This document shows, piece by piece, positions 7,509-16,935 of a stretch of DNA of 61,216 bases (positions are counted from its first letter, which is position 1; the number at the start of each line of letters is the position of its first letter). Source of the DNA: a virus. Taxonomy: Duplodnaviria > Caudoviricetes. The notes under the pieces were generated by a model. The model did not search any database and was not told the DNA's origin. It saw nothing but the letters and a program-made list of their open reading frames with translations. Both the position numbers and the translations under genes were made by a program. The DNA lies in the IMG/VR virus record IMGVR_UViG_3300022221_000265, positions 1 through 61,216 of that record. One strand, given 5' to 3'.

Positions 7509-10247
7509 TTAGTGCAGCGCCTCCTCTATTAGCTCGGGGGGCGTCGCGTGCAGGCCATACTTTTCCATAGCCTCGAGCCCGATGGCCACCAGGTGACCCA
7601 CTCGGCGGTTGTTAATCACCTTCTCCACGTCGGTGGCCACCAACACCCCCGCCCTGTCCAGGGCCTCACGGAAAGGCTTATTCGACTTAATGGGCAGGCC
7701 GTCAAACTTGGCTCGCAGTCGGGTCTCCGTGCTGAGGTGGTGCATGATCTCGTTCGTGCGAAGACAAAGGGCGTCCTCACGTTCGCCTGAGTCGGTCTTG
7801 ACCGTAGTCCAAAGGAAGTTGCCCCGGTAATGTCCTCCCGCGATCTCGTGCAGTATCGTCTCCATGATCCAGACCCAGGGCTCACGATCGCCGGAGGTCT
7901 CAGCAATGTGCTTGTTCATGGCCAGCAGCATGTCAGAGATAAAGCCGCCCTGATTCTTGTCGATGCCGACAAACTCACACAACAGCGACCAGGCCACATT
8001 GATGGCGGCATAGTTCTCCACCATGCGATTGGCTCCGCTGTCCCGGTCTTTAACTCGGCAATGCTCCCAGCAATACGCCACGGCCTTGCTGTGCTTCTCC
8101 AGGATGTTCTCGCGGGTCTGCTGGGTGAGAAACTGCAGCCACTCGCGGATCGGGAACTTGGGCAGGTCCTGGGGGAGCATGGGGCCCTTACGGGCACCGC
8201 TGAGATCAGTGCCGACCAGCTTACCGATTAACGATCGTACCGGCACATCCTCCCCGGCCAGCATGACAGGGGCACAGATTAGATATTCAGTCATGGCCGA
8301 TCCGCGTTTGGTGGGTGTGTACTGGTAGGCCTGTTGAAGCATAGAAACAGCCTCGTCGATCACCTTCTGATTGTTGGCAGACATTTCCTCCCAGCCCACC
8401 GGGTGAGAGGTATAGCTGACGCTAGTCAAAAGGCGAAAGGCCGATTTTATAGACTCATTCGAGAACATAGTCATAGCTGTGGTTCGCTCAAGTCGCTTTA
8501 TCAGCGTCGACTTGCCTGATCCCTTCTCTGCCTGAATGGAGATATGTGGCCAGAAACCTAAAAGCACTTTAAGGTGGGCGCCGAGGATCCACACCAGGGG
8601 AATCGTTGCCGCGTTTTCCTTAAAGGTTTTCTGGTACTCCTCGATCACTCGCCGGGCGTTATAGAGTGAGCCAGTAGGGAAGACCAGATTATGATATGGA
8701 CACTGCTGCTCTGGTTCGGTGAAATAACAATCTGTTCCCTCATTGACAATTAAACGGCCATCACGCCAGGCCAGGCCGACAAAGTTCACCGCATCACGGG
8801 CACCGAGATCTGCCCCGCGTTCCAGAATGTTAACCATGCGCAAAAAATTAGAAGGGGCAAACACCGGGCCAAACTTTTTCCACTGGTCCACATTGTGCAA
8901 TCGTTCATCTTCAAAAACTTTACGCTGCAGCTTGTTGGCATGTCGGGGAGTTTGAACTGACACAGAGAACAACACACGCGGGGCCGCGTCCTTCTCCCCA
9001 GTCATGGTCGAGGTGGCGCTAGCTATCGATACACGAGAGATCGCAGCAATACGAAAACCACACACGTCTTTAAATTTTTTGGCCTTTTTCTGGTTGTCGT
9101 TCTCCTGGTCGACCTCGAACTCCTCGACATAATTAACAAAGTCCTCCTTGGCACGGTAACGCCAGTATTGAAAACTATCATGGATAGGAAGATAGACCCG
9201 GGCCTTGCCGTTCTGTTTGCCATAGTCGCCATGCACACCGGGCAATATATAGGGATCATATCGCTGCAGTAATTTGCGAAGCTCCTCAACTCCCTCCGCC
9301 TGCAGGATGTCGTTAACGTCGTTATGCTCCCAGTCGGTTTGATCAACAAAGTGCGCGGCAATGTTTAACGAGGCCAGCTGGTCATATAAAGCCCAGGCAG
9401 CCTTTGCACCTGGTGGAATGTTGGTTTTTTCGTCGGGCTTGTCATAGTCACCACAGATCACCACCTTCTTGCCTTGTAAAAAATGGTAATCAATATTAAG
9501 CACGTTCTCGGTACCTAAAAACGAAAAGGCCGCCGCGCCACCGATGCCGCAGGCCTCGACAGACAGGGCATTGATCGAAGACTCCACGGCATAAACCACA
9601 TGTGCATATTTAAAACGCTTTGGATCCATCACCCAGGGCGATGTCTTACTGCCCTGGTATTGTGTTTTCTGTCCGCCATTGTTTTCTGGATCAAGGTAGC
9701 GAATGTCCACGCCCACAACATGGCCAGGGTTAAGTGAGATAACCGGAAAGGCCACACCCGGGCCACCATAACCACGCTGGCCGGGTTGCTTGCTGTTGGA
9801 GGTGTAATTATTAAAGCCGACCGTCCTGTTATTGATCGCCTGTCGAACTGTCGACTCCGGGAGGCCTCGCTCCTGGACCAGGTACTCGACAGCCATCTCC
9901 AGGTTGGCAGCATCAAAGCACTTATCGACAATGAACTCAGCCAGGGACTTGTCTCGCCGTTCAGTCTTCTGGGGGGTGAGGGGGATATTATAAAACTCGT
10001 GTAATATCTTAATGGCTTCCTTTGCATCACAGTTAAAGTGATACATCACCATATCGATACAGCTACCCTTTGCCCCGTCGGTATGATCTTTAAAGGCCTT
10101 GCCGTTGTTAAAAATACTCACCGAGGGATTTTTGTCGTCTCGATGAGGGGATTTATAGTTGCCTGTTGAATCAGGTCTTACCCAGTCGAGTTTCTCGGCC
10201 AGGTCATGCAGATCGATCTGCTGTTTGAGCTCCTCAATCGTCGCCAC
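7509..10247 (-). CDS. Primase-helicase (Zn-finger-like N-terminus, TOPRIM, P-loop domain)
   Basis: SPHRDDKNPS...GSCID; AVES.INALS and GDYD TOPRIM motifs; DVND; Walker A AEKGSGKST. Confidence 0.88.
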   Translation of the reverse strand: MATIEELKQQIDLHDLAEKLDWVRPDSTGNYKSPHRDDKNPSVSIFNNGKAFKDHTDGAKGSCIDMVMYHFNCDAKEAIKILHEFYNIPLTPQKTERRDKSLAEFIVDKCFDAANLEMAVEYLVQERGLPESTVRQAINNRTVGFNNYTSNSKQPGQRGYGGPGVAFPVISLNPGHVVGVDIRYLDPENNGGQKTQYQGSKTSPWVMDPKRFKYAHVVYAVESSINALSVEACGIGGAAAFSFLGTENVLNIDYHFLQGKKVVICGDYDKPDEKTNIPPGAKAAWALYDQLASLNIAAHFVDQTDWEHNDVNDILQAEGVEELRKLLQRYDPYILPGVHGDYGKQNGKARVYLPIHDSFQYWRYRAKEDFVNYVEEFEVDQENDNQKKAKKFKDVCGFRIAAISRVSIASATSTMTGEKDAAPRVLFSVSVQTPRHANKLQRKVFEDERLHNVDQWKKFGPVFAPSNFLRMVNILERGADLGARDAVNFVGLAWRDGRLIVNEGTDCYFTEPEQQCPYHNLVFPTGSLYNARRVIEEYQKTFKENAATIPLVWILGAHLKVLLGFWPHISIQAEKGSGKSTLIKRLERTTAMTMFSNESIKSAFRLLTSVSYTSHPVGWEEMSANNQKVIDEAVSMLQQAYQYTPTKRGSAMTEYLICAPVMLAGEDVPVRSLIGKLVGTDLSGARKGPMLPQDLPKFPIREWLQFLTQQTRENILEKHSKAVAYCWEHCRVKDRDSGANRMVENYAAINVAWSLLCEFVGIDKNQGGFISDMLLAMNKHIAETSGDREPWVWIMETILHEIAGGHYRGNFLWTTVKTDSGEREDALCLRTNEIMHHLSTETRLRAKFDGLPIKSNKPFREALDRAGVLVATDVEKVINNRRVGHLVAIGLEAMEKYGLHATPPELIEEALH

Positions 10248-10290
10248 GGTGCTGCCTCTTTAATTATTGTCATCGGCTGATCGCCTTGGG

Positions 10291-10503
10291 TTAATCTTGT
10301 CTTATGTTTTTTTCTGCCAGCCTTTTAACAAGGCTGTTTATATTCTCAATTAATTGTCGGCGCTCCTGCAGGAGGTCGGTTATCCATGCCAGCATCTGCT
10401 GGTTAGCATCTATCTGCTTAAGAATGAGCAGCCTTACATGAGCATGAGTAAGTCCGTTTTTCTCTGCAGCTTCGCGCAGTGAGACCCTGCCCTGGTTATC
10501 CAT
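10291..10503 (-). CDS. Hypothetical phage protein
   Basis: ORF in the packed early operon. Confidence 0.6.
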   Translation of the reverse strand: MDNQGRVSLREAAEKNGLTHAHVRLLILKQIDANQQMLAWITDLLQERRQLIENINSLVKRLAEKNIRQD

Positions 10504-10504
10504 G

Positions 10505-10822
10505 TCAGCCGCTAATACTTGAGGCCAGATCCTTAGCCTGTTTTAATTTTTTAGGGGAGAGCCAGCTGGCAGTCGTTAACAAATCGATCGCAAGGTGCAG
10601 CTCTTTTAATTCCTGTTTCAGGTTGGCCACGTCGTCCAGGTCAATGTTAAAGGCTGTCTCCATTTGTTCGACCACCAACTCGCAGCGCTCCCGATCCGCT
10701 GCAGAGAGTTGATCATAAAAATCCATAGATCCGAGACCTTTCTCGGCGTACTCCTTACCCCATATCACCACGGCCACCCTGGCCGGCTTGGTGGGGTTAA
10801 GGTTTCGGGTTTGGTCATTCAA
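10505..10822 (-). CDS. Hypothetical phage protein
   Basis: ORF in the packed early operon. Confidence 0.6.
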   Translation of the reverse strand: MNDQTRNLNPTKPARVAVVIWGKEYAEKGLGSMDFYDQLSAADRERCELVVEQMETAFNIDLDDVANLKQELKELHLAIDLLTTASWLSPKKLKQAKDLASSISG

Positions 10823-11013
10823 AGTTTGCCCTCCTCCTTGTTGTCATGTAATTTTTTATAAGCCTCCCAGCCAAGCCTCACGGCACTAAGATCTTTTTTA
10901 GCCCATAGGTCAGCCGGCAGCTGTTCCACGAAAGCGCGAAACTCAGGATCGCGGGTGTAAAGAAAATCACCCGCAATAAGTTGATCGATGGTCTCTTTGT
11001 TTTTATCAGGCAC
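10819..11013 (-). CDS. Hypothetical phage protein (GTG start, 3' part of track ORF 10819-11187)
   Basis: Start overlaps the stop of the upstream ORF. Confidence 0.5.
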   Translation of the reverse strand: MPDKNKETIDQLIAGDFLYTRDPEFRAFVEQLPADLWAKKDLSAVRLGWEAYKKLHDNKEEGKL

Positions 11014-11269
11014 GCCAGGCTGACTCCTGTATATCATCCAGTCGATAATGGCCCGGCTGGATCTGCCTGGCCTCGGCGATGGCCTCCAGTAAAACAAACT
11101 CACCGGCGGGCACTTTTTGAGCCAGGCGCAGCGTCTCCTGCTCGGCGTCTGACTTATAAAACCAGCAAACCCTGGGGGCACAGTCACGGTCTACTCTCTC
11201 GACAGAAAACTGAGAGATCACATCCTCAGTGGATGCAACATTGATCACCATCCAGAATTTATCTGTCAT
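11006..11269 (-). CDS. Hypothetical phage protein
   Basis: Translationally coupled ORF. Confidence 0.6.
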   Translation of the reverse strand: MTDKFWMVINVASTEDVISQFSVERVDRDCAPRVCWFYKSDAEQETLRLAQKVPAGEFVLLEAIAEARQIQPGHYRLDDIQESAWRA

Positions 11270-12057
11270 ACATTCCTCTGCAGTTTAAATCGTTTTGTTT
11301 CAACCTCTGACAAAGCAATCATAGAGGCCCGAAGTTCTGCAGGCAGATCCTTGTATCCATGTTGGTTTAAATATAAGTTTTGAGCTCGAGTAATTAATGT
11401 CAGGTTTTCCAGTTTACAGTTGAGCTTGTTGCTGTCGAGAAATAAAAGGCAATGACCATCAGGGATCGGCCCGTTTACTTTTTCCCACACGACTACATGC
11501 TTATGCCTATACCAGTTATTTATCCCGGTCCATGGGTTAACCTCTTTTACTTTGATAAGAATATATCCATCTTTTTTGCAAATCCGCTCATGACCGACTG
11601 GCTTTAAGTTTGCAGGAATCCCTCCTTTTTTAAAATTCCCACTGTTTGGTTTTACGAGCCCCTTAGTTCCGGTGTTCCATGGCTTATGATCTTTTTTAAA
11701 GTGTCCAGTCCGGCCTGTTAGCCATCCATATTTCTGACAAATAGTTGCTAGTGCCTCGGGATGTTTGTCGGTTTTGAATTTTTTATTAAATTTATCGGCT
11801 CTCTCTTTTTTAGAGAGCTTTCTGTTTTTCTTTAACCATGCAAGCTGCACCTTGCTATAAGCGATCGAGGTGCCTTTGGGAAAACCAGGCTTTCTCCCGC
11901 AAGTAAATCCGTAATTCCTCAGGGCTGACCTTATGGCCTTTTCTGTTTTCTGCTTCTTAAAATAATTATTAAAGGCCGACGTTAATTTAGGGATTGTCTT
12001 TTTTTTATAACCATCCCGTAAAAAAGCCAGTTGCTTGTCGGTGTATCTGGACTTCAC
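11266..12057 (-). CDS. HNH endonuclease-family protein
   Basis: FKKG..PWN repeats, KHVVVWEKVNGPIPDGH...DSNKLNCKLENL. Confidence 0.85.
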   Translation of the reverse strand: MKSRYTDKQLAFLRDGYKKKTIPKLTSAFNNYFKKQKTEKAIRSALRNYGFTCGRKPGFPKGTSIAYSKVQLAWLKKNRKLSKKERADKFNKKFKTDKHPEALATICQKYGWLTGRTGHFKKDHKPWNTGTKGLVKPNSGNFKKGGIPANLKPVGHERICKKDGYILIKVKEVNPWTGINNWYRHKHVVVWEKVNGPIPDGHCLLFLDSNKLNCKLENLTLITRAQNLYLNQHGYKDLPAELRASMIALSEVETKRFKLQRNV

Positions 12058-12293
12058 TTCGAATCGCTCTCCAGCATAATGGGGACCTGTTTAATATCTC
12101 CAAGGCCAAAGGCTTTTTGGGCCTCCAGGGCAAGCTTTCCTGTGTTGATTATTTCCCTGGAGACATTGGCGACCTGTTTGGCCCGTTCGAGCTCCTGTTT
12201 TAATTCGTCGCCCTTGAGGTCCTCATCTGATAATCGTTCCAGCTGCGTAAATAAGTGATTATTTAGATCCAGAATTTTATTTTTCATAATCAA
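12054..12293 (-). CDS. Conserved phage protein (usual upstream partner of this HNH type)
   Basis: KNKILDLNNHLFTQLERLSDEDL...ERAKQV. Confidence 0.75.
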   Translation of the reverse strand: MIMKNKILDLNNHLFTQLERLSDEDLKGDELKQELERAKQVANVSREIINTGKLALEAQKAFGLGDIKQVPIMLESDSK

Positions 12294-12682
12294 GCCTTTT
12301 TATTAATCAGTTTTAACTCACCAAGCGACAGGCCTCGGCCCTGATAGATGGCGCACTGTGACCAGCCCAGCCAGCGATCGGCCTGTCTTATGTTTTTATA
12401 TTCCCTATATTCAATCCTCAGCAGCAGCTGCTCGATATGTTCCGGGCTGGTTGCCGGTAGGTCGTCGGTCATAAAGACCGCGCCGCCAACATATAACTGG
12501 GTCTCACGCGCGGCGGCCTGTATGTTCATGGTCGAACCGTGCGGGGCGTTCCATTGATCGACGGGGATCCATATAAATTCTTTAGATAAATAACAGGCAA
12601 GGTTTGTGCATTTCACTTTTTCACGTCCGCCCATCTTTGGGAATTTAGATCCGCATAAAGGGCAAGGGCCTGGTGTCGTCAT
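12290..12682 (-). CDS. Phage protein with an N-terminal Lar-like zinc finger
   Basis: PCPLCGS...VKCTNLAC...QWN. Confidence 0.5.
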   Translation of the reverse strand: MTTPGPCPLCGSKFPKMGGREKVKCTNLACYLSKEFIWIPVDQWNAPHGSTMNIQAAARETQLYVGGAVFMTDDLPATSPEHIEQLLLRIEYREYKNIRQADRWLGWSQCAIYQGRGLSLGELKLINKKA

Positions 12683-12707
12683 ACCTTAAACTCCTTTTGT
12701 TTCTTAG

Positions 12708-12962
12708 TTAAAAAATCGGACAAAACTCCAGCACACCAAAGCGCTGGTTAAAATCCTCGATGGCCAGGTCGGGATAAGAAAATTTATCCGAGCTGGCATT
12801 GCATCCGTAACAGAACACCACCCAGGTGCGCGCATCAAAATCAAAACTGATATCGGGCTTGTCTTCACAGCCACACCTGCAGGGCAGGCGCTCGGGCAGG
12901 TCTGGCAAAGTGGCCAGCATGTCGCCGAGCTTCTCGTTAATAAGTTGTTGGGTATTACTCAC
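12708..12962 (-). CDS. Lar-family (restriction alleviation)-like zinc-finger protein
   Basis: LPCRCG...VFCYGCNA...AIEDFNQR. Confidence 0.55.
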   Translation of the reverse strand: MSNTQQLINEKLGDMLATLPDLPERLPCRCGCEDKPDISFDFDARTWVVFCYGCNASSDKFSYPDLAIEDFNQRFGVLEFCPIF

Positions 12963-13108
12963 TTAAGCCTCCAAAAATAAAAAGGACCGCGCCGACATTT
13001 TGGGAGGAGGTCCGGCGCGGTCAATACGCATAGTAATGACAGGAGTCTCCAGGGCTGCAGAGACAAACCAACACCGCCCTGGGATGTGTTGATTGTTTGA
13101 AGTTGTGA

Positions 13109-13729
13109 TCATGATCCAAGCTCCTGCTGGGCCTGTTCCCATGCCTGGTTGACCTCGTTAAATTTATCGACAGTACCCTCGAAAGTATCGGGGTGGGTCT
13201 CTGCCCGTTTCTTTTTCCAGGCTTCCCTGGCTTCGGATAACACCCTGCAACCAGGCACTCCCAAAACATCGCGCCAGTCCGCTGGACGGCTGAGATCAGG
13301 CAATGCCGTAAAACCAGAAAAGGCCCGCTCCATCATGTCACCCGTGCCCCAGCGTTTAATGCCACGCAGGGCCTCAATGGTTAGAGCGACTGCCCGGAGG
13401 TTATCGCCCACCGTTTTGTATTTGTCGCAAGCGAAACACATTTGCTTTTTCTTGTGCATAAAATAAACGGCCACGCCGGGATCTTCCGGTGTTCGCTGGT
13501 TGGCCATTGGCAGATTGTCCTGCCTAACTCTTAAATTTGTTGAAAGAACAACACCAGCACAGCCCAGTCGATCCAGTTCCTTAAGCAAACCGTCCCGCGC
13601 TTTGGTGAATGTTGTTTTAAATTGTGATCGCTGCCTGTTCCAGGCCTGCGTGCGTGCACGCCCTGGTGGCCACGATAATGGATATGCCTCAGCCACTATT
13701 TTCTCCTTTCTGTTTCCGTTCATCTTCAC
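13109..13729 (-). CDS. J-domain (DnaJ-like) phage protein; start likely GTG ~13697
   Basis: C-terminal WRDVLGV...AWKKKRAETHPD...FNEVNQAWEQA with the HPD motif. Confidence 0.8.
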   Translation of the reverse strand: MKMNGNRKEKIVAEAYPLSWPPGRARTQAWNRQRSQFKTTFTKARDGLLKELDRLGCAGVVLSTNLRVRQDNLPMANQRTPEDPGVAVYFMHKKKQMCFACDKYKTVGDNLRAVALTIEALRGIKRWGTGDMMERAFSGFTALPDLSRPADWRDVLGVPGCRVLSEAREAWKKKRAETHPDTFEGTVDKFNEVNQAWEQAQQELGS

Positions 13730-13874
13730 GCGCCCGCTGCGCTTCGGTTTCTATCACGTTGCCAAAGAACGCACGGGCCTGGCCGAGTTCGCCCTGCTCT
13801 ATCAGGCTGGATAGATAAACAAAAGATCCATCCATTCGTTGCTGCAGGCAGTTGTTGCAATCTTCACAAGCCAT
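13689..13874 (-). CDS. Hypothetical phage protein
   Basis: Coupled ORF with a CxxCxxC N-terminus. Confidence 0.5.
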   Translation of the reverse strand: MACEDCNNCLQQRMDGSFVYLSSLIEQGELGQARAFFGNVIETEAQRAREDERKQKGENSG

Positions 13875-14260
13875 CAGGCCAGCACCTCCACCAGTGTGAT
13901 CTCATTGATCAGTTGCTGCTGTTCTTTCGCTGACAGGCCTTTATGATGTTTAAGCACCCAGGCCGTGGCGTGGGGTTCGGCCATGGTCTCCAGCCACATA
14001 GCAAACTGGCCGGCATAAAGGCCCACCGCCTGCACTGGGGTGCGGTCGTGGACCATGGCATGGATATACTGGTTAACTTTTTGAGATAGCCCGTAATACA
14101 TCACCACCGATCCCTCCTTGTGCTGGCTTTTCTCGTAACGAGCATCAAGCCATGAACGATAGCCGCCCACCTTCTCCGCCGGCGAGAACATGGTGCCCCG
14201 GCCGGGCCGGGTGTCGACCAGGACCGGGTCCGAGAACATGGTCGGCTTTTCGATAATCAC
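13874..14260 (-). CDS. Hypothetical phage protein
   Basis: Coupled ORF. Confidence 0.6.
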   Translation of the reverse strand: MIIEKPTMFSDPVLVDTRPGRGTMFSPAEKVGGYRSWLDARYEKSQHKEGSVVMYYGLSQKVNQYIHAMVHDRTPVQAVGLYAGQFAMWLETMAEPHATAWVLKHHKGLSAKEQQQLINEITLVEVLA

Positions 14261-14466
14261 TCAACCACCTCAACCAGGCAGGCCACCGGGCGCAGGCGTT
14301 TGTACTGGGGTTTTAATATCTCCACCGGCAGCACCTCCTCCAGTGGCACTTCGTGACCCTCGTCCACCAGGTGCACATTAACGCCCAGGCTTTTTAAATG
14401 GTTGGCCAGCTCTCTGCCCATGGTCGACTTACCCTCGCCTTTTAATCCCTGAATGGTAATGATCAT
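14257..14466 (-). CDS. Small P-loop-containing protein
   Basis: IITIQGLKGEGKST Walker A in a 69 aa ORF. Confidence 0.55.
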   Translation of the reverse strand: MIITIQGLKGEGKSTMGRELANHLKSLGVNVHLVDEGHEVPLEEVLPVEILKPQYKRLRPVACLVEVVE

Positions 14467-14915
14467 TTTTTAAAATCCTCCACATAAAGCTCGACGTGTG
14501 CATCAAATCGTTTTTGTATTTCCAGCACGACAGGATCCTGCAGGAGCGCAGCATGGGCTGGGTGTCTTTCTTTCAGGCATCGCCAGGCAAAGTTTGCCGC
14601 CTGAATATCCAGCGACAGCTTGCGCTGTTCATCGATGCCAACAGAATGAAACTTGTCTTTTGCTTTTCTTGCCAGCTCGATAACGTGGGTAATGTCGAAC
14701 GTCGCTCGATCGTCACCTTTAACAAAGTTAATACCCTGCAAGGAGACAGGCTGAGGGAGATCATCGAAGGGAATGATCGACGGCTTTTTCTGATCCGAGT
14801 ACCAGACCTTGCACTCAAAGCGCTCACGCTTCTGGTTCCAGTAAGGGCTGTCAATTTTCCACGGTTTTGGTGCATCACCGGAAAAAATGGACACCTGAGA
14901 GCTTGTATAAGGCAA
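14463..14915 (-). CDS. Hypothetical phage protein
   Basis: Coupled ORF. Confidence 0.6.
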   Translation of the reverse strand: MPYTSSQVSIFSGDAPKPWKIDSPYWNQKRERFECKVWYSDQKKPSIIPFDDLPQPVSLQGINFVKGDDRATFDITHVIELARKAKDKFHSVGIDEQRKLSLDIQAANFAWRCLKERHPAHAALLQDPVVLEIQKRFDAHVELYVEDFKK

Positions 14916-14919
14916 GATC

Positions 14920-15216
14920 TCAGCCCTCCCCTTGTGTTGCTATGGTCTGCTTTTGGATCGCTCTTTCCTTAAAACCAAAAACAACAAAACCATGCTTTTG
15001 CTTAAAGTCCGTTACATAAGTTATAACTCCGTGAAAAAGTCGGCCGGTAAATAGGGGGTCCTGATAAAGTCCCTCGTCCGGGTTCGTCTCATGTAGGGTA
15101 AAGGTGTCGCCTTTTTTAAAATGGCGATCTCTGTTAAATCTGATCTCAAAAAGTTTGTGACCATCGACCACCGGTTGGAAATAACAAGGCCAGGCCTTTA
15201 GATCATGATGTGCCAT
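14920..15216 (-). CDS. DUF3850 / ASCH-PUA domain protein
   Basis: HDLKAWPCYFQPVVDGHKLFEIRFNRDRHFKKGD...FTGR...ITYVTD. Confidence 0.8.
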   Translation of the reverse strand: MAHHDLKAWPCYFQPVVDGHKLFEIRFNRDRHFKKGDTFTLHETNPDEGLYQDPLFTGRLFHGVITYVTDFKQKHGFVVFGFKERAIQKQTIATQGEG

Positions 15217-15637
15217 TGGCTCCCCCTTCGATCAACTTCACCAACTCAGCCAGCCCAGCACAGCCGGCATCGTGTTCGTTAGAACTATTGAGTAATCGTT
15301 TTTGAATATCCGGCAAGGCCCGGCGGGCCATTACACCCAGCCAGGCATCCTCTGGCGTCACTTCGACAGGAATGTGATCTCGTTTACAAACAGCAATAGA
15401 GTGTTTAGTGGTGCCCTCTGGGAACAGAAAAAAACACCCACCCGATACACCAAACAGATCCCTGGTGTCGTAAGTAATGGCTGACGGGTGATCCATAACA
15501 AACTGATCCAGGTGGCTGGCGCAGGCACTACAGCATCCCTTGTTAGTCTTTATGTCCACGGCGAGCCAATAGCAGCCACTGGGTGGAATAGAACAAGCTC
15601 TCTCGTCAGTACAACCGCAGCCTATGCAAGTGTTCAT
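15203..15637 (-). CDS. Cys-rich zinc-finger phage protein
   Basis: CIGCGCTDERAC...CYWL...CCSAC. Confidence 0.65.
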   Translation of the reverse strand: MNTCIGCGCTDERACSIPPSGCYWLAVDIKTNKGCCSACASHLDQFVMDHPSAITYDTRDLFGVSGGCFFLFPEGTTKHSIAVCKRDHIPVEVTPEDAWLGVMARRALPDIQKRLLNSSNEHDAGCAGLAELVKLIEGGANGTS

Positions 15638-15822
15638 GGGGCCTCATCCTCATTTGAACTGCATGCCTCACAAATATCTGTAAATGCAAAAGCAAAAGGA
15701 ATTAGGGACCACCAGGGATTATCGGTTATTACCATCACCGTACCGCTGACAATACACGCAAGCCTAAAAACAAACAGGCCAGTTGCTAAGTTGATTTTTT
15801 TCATTGTGAAATCTCCGGGCAT
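15634..15822 (-). CDS. Small membrane protein
   Basis: Two hydrophobic stretches; coupled ORF. Confidence 0.5.
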   Translation of the reverse strand: MPGDFTMKKINLATGLFVFRLACIVSGTVMVITDNPWWSLIPFAFAFTDICEACSSNEDEAP

Positions 15823-15865
15823 CTATAGACAGCTGCCACCAGCTAACGCCGGTGACAGCGATTGG

Positions 15866-16145
15866 TTATGCCGTTATTTCTTCTTCGGCCTGTTCTGCCT
15901 TTTCGGCCTGTTGTTTCTGATAAGGCATCCAGCAGCACTGGCCCACAGGGCACTCATCCGCATCACCATGGAACAGTAAGATAGAAGTCTGTCCGTACTG
16001 GTTACCGTTTTGATCCGACACAGACAAATTTACACATTCATCGCTATGCACATAACAAACTAAAGCTGGGTGCATTTGATCGCAGCCCTCTGCCTTAAAC
16101 CAAACAACTCGACCAATGGTCGGCTTTATAACTACATCACTCATT
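15866..16145 (-). CDS. Conserved phage protein (3' part of track ORF 15866-16300)
   Basis: MSDVVIKPTIGRVVWF...PALVCYVHSDECVNLSV...WMPYQ. Confidence 0.65.
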
Positions 16146-16312
16146 GACTGTTTCCTCTTTGTATAATCACGGCGAAAAATTAAAGCGTCACTCTGGCCGT
16201 GTTCAGGGTGTTGCTTTGGGTAAAAAAACCGACAGCCAGAACAGTCCGCATGGATGTTGCTGCAGGTCGTTGGCTCGTCGTAAGGGCATTGCTCCATCAT
16301 GTCAGTCTCCCA

Positions 16313-16507
16313 TCAATCAGAATCCCTTTTGTCAATCTCCCGCTTTACCTTCGGCCAGCAATTAGGGCAATAATGAAAAGAATCCTCGCTTGGATCTTGT
16401 TCCCATTTACTGAAACGAATCGAAACTTCTGGCGTATCGCACTCATCAATATCCATACTGTTAAAACAGTCAAGGCCATCGCATTCGATTGAAATTTTGA
16501 TAGTCAC
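16313..16507 (-). CDS. Small zinc-ribbon protein
   Basis: IECDGLDC...HYCPNC. Confidence 0.55.
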   Translation of the reverse strand: MTIKISIECDGLDCFNSMDIDECDTPEVSIRFSKWEQDPSEDSFHYCPNCWPKVKREIDKRDSD

Positions 16508-16890
16508 TTTGTAGTCTCCTTACCGGCATTATCGTCAAACCTAAAAACGGGCACCTTTGTGCCGTCGCCCTTAATTACTTCGGCTGTATGAATCTGAAAG
16601 AAACCGCCGAGAGTCCAGTCGCAACCTCTGCCCACTACTTCCCTGCCAATACAGGAAAAAAATACTTTCTGATTTCCTTTTTCGATCTCAGCCTCAGCAA
16701 AGTCCTCCATAGTCTGAACTTCTCCACAATGAGCACATACAAAACGCCACTTATTAAAGTCCTCGCCAAAAAGTTCTTTTCCTTTGTCCCACCACTCGGC
16801 ATGAGACATTGTTAAAATTTCAGGATTTACAGGCTTAATTCCTACTTTATGTTTATTCACTTTATTCCCCTTAAGAGTTAATCCATCCAC
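16504..16890 (-). CDS. VVA0879-like phage protein
   Basis: EWWDKGKELFGED...WRFVCAHCG...CIGR...GCDWTLGGFF. Confidence 0.7.
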   Translation of the reverse strand: MDGLTLKGNKVNKHKVGIKPVNPEILTMSHAEWWDKGKELFGEDFNKWRFVCAHCGEVQTMEDFAEAEIEKGNQKVFFSCIGREVVGRGCDWTLGGFFQIHTAEVIKGDGTKVPVFRFDDNAGKETTK

Positions 16891-16935
16891 CGCTCTCGGC
16901 GTCCTGCCTTCGCGGCATTAGTGCATCCCTGCACG

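Noticed and set aside
6970-7509. 179 aa minus-strand ORF
   Set aside because: Low-complexity translation over iteron-like and AT-rich DNA; better explained as the ori.
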